A stretch of DNA of 63,881 bases, the filler included, from Piptocephalis cylindrospora (lineage: Eukaryota), in assembly GCA_003614145.1 (NCBI GenBank). It is 8 parts of 8 records of this genome, joined end to end, with 100 filler letters (N's around TTAATTAATTAA, not from the genome) between each part and the next. Parts side by side here need not be neighbours in the genome. Positions count along the whole stretch, not along the records: positions 56,105 to 63,881 come from KZ988183.1; 7 more parts are not named here. The stretch is one strand, 5' to 3'. The translations under genes and the position numbers were made by a program. Every line of letters starts with the position of its first letter. Position 1 is the stretch's first letter. The notes under the pieces are model-generated. The model had not been told where the DNA came from and made no database searches. It was given only the letters and a program-made list of their open reading frames with translations. Positions 58,660 to 63,881 of the stretch are shown piece by piece.

Positions 58660-60835
58660 ATGACCCCGGAGAAGTCACCCACTCTCTCTTCCCAAGGGAC
58701 CAAGGACCCTGTCCATCCCCCGTCGAATCCTAGGGATGCGGCCATGCTCTTTCTGACACAGATATCCCGAAATGAACTCCCTGATCCTTTAAAGACCTTG
58801 GACGATGTGAAAAAGGAGAAAGAGGAGGAAGAAGAAGAGGAGAGACGTAAGAACGTGGGGGAAGAAGAGGAAGAGGAAGAGAGGGAGGGGATGCGTATGG
58901 ATTTGGAGGTCCCGAAGGAGGAAGAGTTCCCTGCTTCTCCGGAGGAAACAGGCCAAGTACCGAGCCTCCATACACCTAGCCGGATCCCGTCCAAGAGGAG
59001 CAAGGATGGGGCTGGTTCAGGCTCTCTTGGGTCTGGACAAGGTGATGAGGAAAGGGAGACATCCCAGTTGGCCACGCCAAAGGGATCTCGTCCTCTATCG
59101 ATCACGTCTCCTTTTCCACTGGGTTTAGGACCAGAGGGATCCATGGCCTACACCAAGGATGCATCCCCCTTGAGCGTGGGAGGAGAGGTCTCGGGGAAGA
59201 GGAGGCGTGGTGGGTCATGGAATCCTGGGTCCTCCAGATCTGTGCGGTCAGGTACCACCGAGGATTATGTATCCTTGCTCAAGAACCCTCATGGGGCGTT
59301 CCTGAAGAAGGGGCGAAAGGGAAAGGGACTTACGCTGGGTCTAGAGGAGCATCCTACCCTTCCTGAGGGTTCGGATGAACCCATACATCCCTCCTCCTCC
59401 TCCTCCTCCTCTTCCTCCCCCTCCTCGCCCTCCTCCTCTTCCTCTTCCTTTTGCTCCTCTCCTCCAGAGGACCTTTCTTATGATCCCGAGTATCGTGGGC
59501 TACCTAAATTATGGCTCGTGAGTCCATCGGTAAGTGGGTTTATTTCATTCAGAGAGAAGGGGGGAGGGAAGGAAAGTGGCCTACCCCACTCACTCAGATG
59601 GATCAGGCTGGATCGACGCTCATGTTGAGCTCCATTATTCCTTGGAAGGGAAAGCGTGGTACTGGAGATGGGGCCCATGGTCAGCATGGGGGGGCATCCA
59701 AGCAGGCCGAGGACATCCGAGCGGAGGAGGGGGCAGAGAGGGGGACGGGTCGTCTTGGTCGGTTCCACCTCCCATTCCTCCGTGGGCTGGGTACCTCTGA
59801 TTCTCGAAAGCCCTCTGGAAAGGCCTCTACCGGTGAGGCTGGGACAGGAAAGGGCGCTGTTTCTGGCTCCACCCTTCCCGCCTGGCACATGGAGGGGATA
59901 CGTGGGATGGCGGCGTTGAAGAAGCGCCGGGCCGAATCCTACGCCCACTTGCTCCATCCCACCGGGACCCTATCCATGAACACAGGGATGACGGCGACGG
60001 CAACGACGACGATGGCAGCGACAGCGACAGCAACTAATGCGGCGGCAGCCATGTCCGCGCCCTCTTCGGGGATCCCTTCGTTGGTGCCTCCCCCATCCAG
60101 TGCATCTACACCCGTCGCTCCCGCCCCCCCTGCCCAGACGCATGCTCAGAACACCCCGACCTACAATCCCGAGTCTCTAGATCATCCAGAGTTGCAATTG
60201 GGCACACGACGGACGGTCATTGCGCTGCCCGGGATGATGTCGTCTATTGTGCAATATGCCCGGCCTGAAGAAGTGAAGAGAAAGTTGAATGCGCACTTTG
60301 AGGAGCATCATCCTGCGGCCGTCGATCGGGGTCTCACGCTCAGCCAGGTGCGCGGGGTCAAGTCCCGGATGATACGTGTGGGCCGTGCCCTCGACATGGA
60401 GATCTCCACCCTGGCGTTTGCCATAGTGTACCTGGAAAAGCTCATCCTCTCCGCCTTTATCGATAAGGCCAATCGAAGGGTCATTTCGGGCGTCTGTCTC
60501 ATCCTGGCCTTTAAGGTCAACGAAGGGAATGAGAAGCTGCTACCCGAGCTGATGCATGTAAGTCCTTTTCTGGTGGTGCGATGCGTCCAGCCCCACTCAC
60601 CCGTCTTTCCCATCAGGTCATCGCCAAAGTCCTGGAAGTGTCGGAGAAGGAGGTCAGGGCCCAGGAGTTCTCCACGTATGCTGCACTTCATTTTGAATTG
60701 TACATTCCTCGTCGGGAATTCCTCCCGCACATCAGTCGTATCTACGCGGATCTCGGGGCTGAGGAGGAGGTGGTGATCAAGCAGAAGCCCCGGTTCTGGA
60801 CCCGTTTCCTCCTAGGCAAGGTGACTGGGGCATGA
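58660..60835 (+). CDS. CABLES-family cyclin-box protein, two introns
   Basis: N-terminal AAMLFLTQIS; LDHPELQLGTRRTVIALPG, LNAHFEEHHP..LTLSQVRGVK, AIVYLEKLIL, KANRRVISGVCLILAFK. Introns at about 59530-59606 and 60558-60616. Confidence 0.85.
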
Positions 60836-61853
60836 TCTCTCGGAGCCACCCTGTATTTTAGTGAGGGGGAGAGGGGGCTGTATCGACCGGAGCGTCGTGT
60901 CGCATCTTCCTTGGTCCTTTGTAATGATGGGTGTTGGTGTTGGTGTTGATGTCGGTGTCGGTGTCGGTGATCTTGATCTTTTGAATGGTCCAAGGAGTTT
61001 GTCATTTGTATTTTTGAAGGTTATGGCTTTCAAATGACAATTATGCTGCTACTGCTCTACTCATGCTACACGACAATGCCCATATGACTCTCGTCCACCT
61101 GATCCTAGAGATAGAATGAGTAGTAGGATCAGCTGGTCAGTCAGGTATGGGAGACAAGAGGGGAATCTCCACGCACGCACACTGCTCCTTCCTGTGCGCC
61201 CACACACACTCCCATGCCCCCACCCCGCGCACCTACAGACCAGGAGGGACTGTCGTAGTGTAGATCTGATAAGACAATGGAGAGAGACACGACTGTCCCT
61301 CTTCTTCCCTCCCCACACACATATGTCTACCCTCTCATCCCATTCCATCCCATCCCATCTCGTCCCGACCCCACCCGCTCGCTCTACCCATACCCACCAA
61401 TCAGATCCGCCTATTTCATTCAAGATCCCTCTCTCATGCTCTGATCCTAGAGGATGTGAGCGTATGTAGTATGTGTGTGTGTGTGTGTGTGTGTTGTATC
61501 CAGAGCTCTTCCTTCTTTTCCTGCTGGCCGGGTCCAAGCCCCTAAGCCCTAACTACCACGCCATCCCCACTAGGCCAGCTCCCACTCGTCTTCCACGGCC
61601 ACATCAGATAGCGAAAGGAAGGGATCCCCCCACACACATCTCTCTCATCCTCAAATGGTCCCGGATCCTTTACTCCTCTTGCCTCTTTCCCTTTCTTCCT
61701 TTTTCTGCCGTCAGTTTCTAGGGCCCATCTCAATACACACACACCCCTCCCCCCCTCCCCCCTTCCTCCCCTCCCCGCTCCATCCATTGACAACAAAGAG
61801 AGCTTGGGGATATAAAAGCAGTCGAGGTCCTTTTATGACCTTCCTTCATCATC

Positions 61854-63380
61854 ATGCTCTGTACCCTCATGGACCATCCACCCTCCTACCCCCATCCCCG
61901 CTCCTCCTCCTCCCCCACCTCCACCCCCACCACCGCTCGCTCCAAGCTCATGGATCCCCCTATCCCTTCCTTTCTCACCACTACACTTCCCACATCCATC
62001 ACGGAACATTCCTTCTCCTCTGACCCCTCAGATACCTCAGACCAAGACACCCATTTGTCCTTTCGACGTCGTCACTGGGATCTCCCCACTCTAAAGCCCC
62101 TCTTGGCCTCCGGCGGCATTCATCTCACGCACCTGGATCTTTCGTACAATCGTCTCACCTCCCTGCCCCCCCTCATTCACCTGCCTAATGTACGCCATCT
62201 GAATGTCGCTCACAACCTCCTCACATCCCTGCCCTCGTCCATGGAGTCCCTTGGGAGGCTGGAGGTCCTCATCGCCTCGGGAAACCGTCTGGCCCACCTT
62301 TCTCCCACCCTCATGACCGCCTGGTCTGCCCATCTCCACACCCTGGTCCTCGATGCCAATCGACTTCCTCATCTCCCGAGATCCCTGGGTCAATGCACCC
62401 GACTACGCATCCTCCGACTGGGCTCCGTGTACGGAGGAAACCTCCTGACCTCCCTCCCTGACTCTCTCATCTCCTCCTTACCCCATCTGGAGGAGCTCGA
62501 TCTTTCAGGAAACCATCTTACCCATCTCCCAGACCTTGCTTGGCCCTTGACCCTTCGGTCCCTGGATGTCTCGGACAACTCCCTCATCTCCCTTCCCTCC
62601 AATCTTGGCCAGTGCCAACGTCTTCGTGCCCTCGTGGCCTTGGGCAATCAGCTCACCACCATCCCTCGATCCCTCGCCCTCCTCACCTCCCTAGAGACCC
62701 TGGATCTATCGGGAAATCGTCTGACCCATCTCCCGGGCGAGGTGTCTTGGCTGGCCAGGAATGGCACCATTGTCCTTCTCTCCGGCAATCCAGACATCTC
62801 CACCGTCATTGCCACAACCCGTGTGGATCCTCCCCCTCTCTCATCCCCCTCTCATCCCACCCACTCCTCTGCCTCTCCCGCCTCCTCATGTACTCGTCGA
62901 CGACGTCGTCCTCATCGGGGTAGACCCACCCTACTGGAGCTGTCGGCCAGATGTCTTCTTCGCTCCTCCATTCCCATCCCACAATGTCAACTTCCTCCTC
63001 GGATTCGTGCTTATTTATTACAGGGGGGAGGTTCGTGCGAAGGCTGCAAGGGCCCTTATGTCCGGGAATGGGTGTCAGGTAAAAAACAAGGCGGCTTTGG
63101 CGGATACCCTTCCCTGGAACGTCGTGTCCGATACTGCTCCATGACCTGTGGTAAGATCCAGCATCCTAAGCTCCGTATCGTCACCCCACGACGCACCGCT
63201 GGACGCACCGATTGTGGCGTCAGCCTCGGACGCTCCCCCTCCAACTCTCCCATGTCCTACCAGTGCACCTGGTGTGATCCACGGGAAGCCGTCTCTCCCT
63301 CCCAGGAGGAGGAAGCAGAGACGGGTCAGGCCAAGGGCAAGAAACCCCGGTGTGATCTGACTACATTGAACGACTGGTAA
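61854..63380 (+). CDS. Leucine-rich-repeat protein with BC-box-like motif and C-terminal Cys cluster (LRRC58-like)
   Basis: About ten LxxLxLxxNxL repeats, then PTLLELSARCL..LPPRIRAYL..CEGC..YCSMTC. The start could be 61869. Confidence 0.8.
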   Translation: MLCTLMDHPPSYPHPRSSSSPTSTPTTARSKLMDPPIPSFLTTTLPTSITEHSFSSDPSDTSDQDTHLSFRRRHWDLPTLKPLLASGGIHLTHLDLSYNRLTSLPPLIHLPNVRHLNVAHNLLTSLPSSMESLGRLEVLIASGNRLAHLSPTLMTAWSAHLHTLVLDANRLPHLPRSLGQCTRLRILRLGSVYGGNLLTSLPDSLISSLPHLEELDLSGNHLTHLPDLAWPLTLRSLDVSDNSLISLPSNLGQCQRLRALVALGNQLTTIPRSLALLTSLETLDLSGNRLTHLPGEVSWLARNGTIVLLSGNPDISTVIATTRVDPPPLSSPSHPTHSSASPASSCTRRRRRPHRGRPTLLELSARCLLRSSIPIPQCQLPPRIRAYLLQGGGSCEGCKGPYVREWVSGKKQGGFGGYPSLERRVRYCSMTCGKIQHPKLRIVTPRRTAGRTDCGVSLGRSPSNSPMSYQCTWCDPREAVSPSQEEEAETGQAKGKKPRCDLTTLNDW

Positions 63381-63696
63381 TGTGTGGGTGAGAGCATGTA
63401 TCTATGCCAGGCAATCCTTCTTCATCTCATGAGAGAGAAAGAGCGTGAGAGGGATGGAGACGATCAGATCCCCCATCCCTTTCACAGTTATATATAATAC
63501 AAAATGTGTAGGCCTACGTCCGCCTACCCCCCTCTCACATGTTAGGAGCAGTGATCATGATCGTACAATTCCGATGTGCAATTTGAATGACACGGCAGGA
63601 AGAATCGTGTATTGGGATATTTCTTTGTCGACAGCACGGGGTCCGAGGGACAAGAATCCTGGGGAAAAGGGAAAGGGAAAAGGGGAGAGAGAGAGT

Positions 63697-63881
<185 letters not shown>

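Noticed and set aside
16318..61493. (CA)n/(GT)n microsatellites near 16318, 23632, 46432 and 61472, and (GGA)n/(TCC)n runs
   Set aside because: Ordinary simple repeats and homopeptide-coding tracts; not CRISPR or telomeric arrays.

Overview
Eukaryotic genomic DNA, not one locus. Eight contigs of about 7.8-8.0 kb are joined by artificial 100-nt linkers (44 N + TTAATTAATTAA + 44 N). Short GT-AG introns, a fungal gene set (Opi1, Cti6, SPX-RING, NDE1, Kre9-type GPI protein) and retained animal-like genes (MMAB, CABLES, LRRC58-like, FBXW4-like, BRI3-like) point to an early-diverging, non-Dikarya fungus; Zoopagomycota is a guess from style, not a demonstrated assignment. Fold-back inversions at several contig ends suggest whole-genome-amplification chimeras. 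Contig 1 (1-8010) is a nest of mobile DNA: Merlin/IS1595-type transposons, two related solo-LTR families (one with a perfect 5-bp TSD, one opening with a 21-bp palindrome), a fold-back made of two LTR 3' halves, a Gypsy-type integrase tail and a decayed gene of an unnamed family. Contigs 2-8 carry about 22 ordinary genes. The best novelty candidates are an unexplained, densely base-paired ~330-nt segment at 41860-42186 (possible structured ncRNA) and the palindrome-rich LTR system in contig 1. All calls come from motif reading by eye; no database search or folding computation was run.
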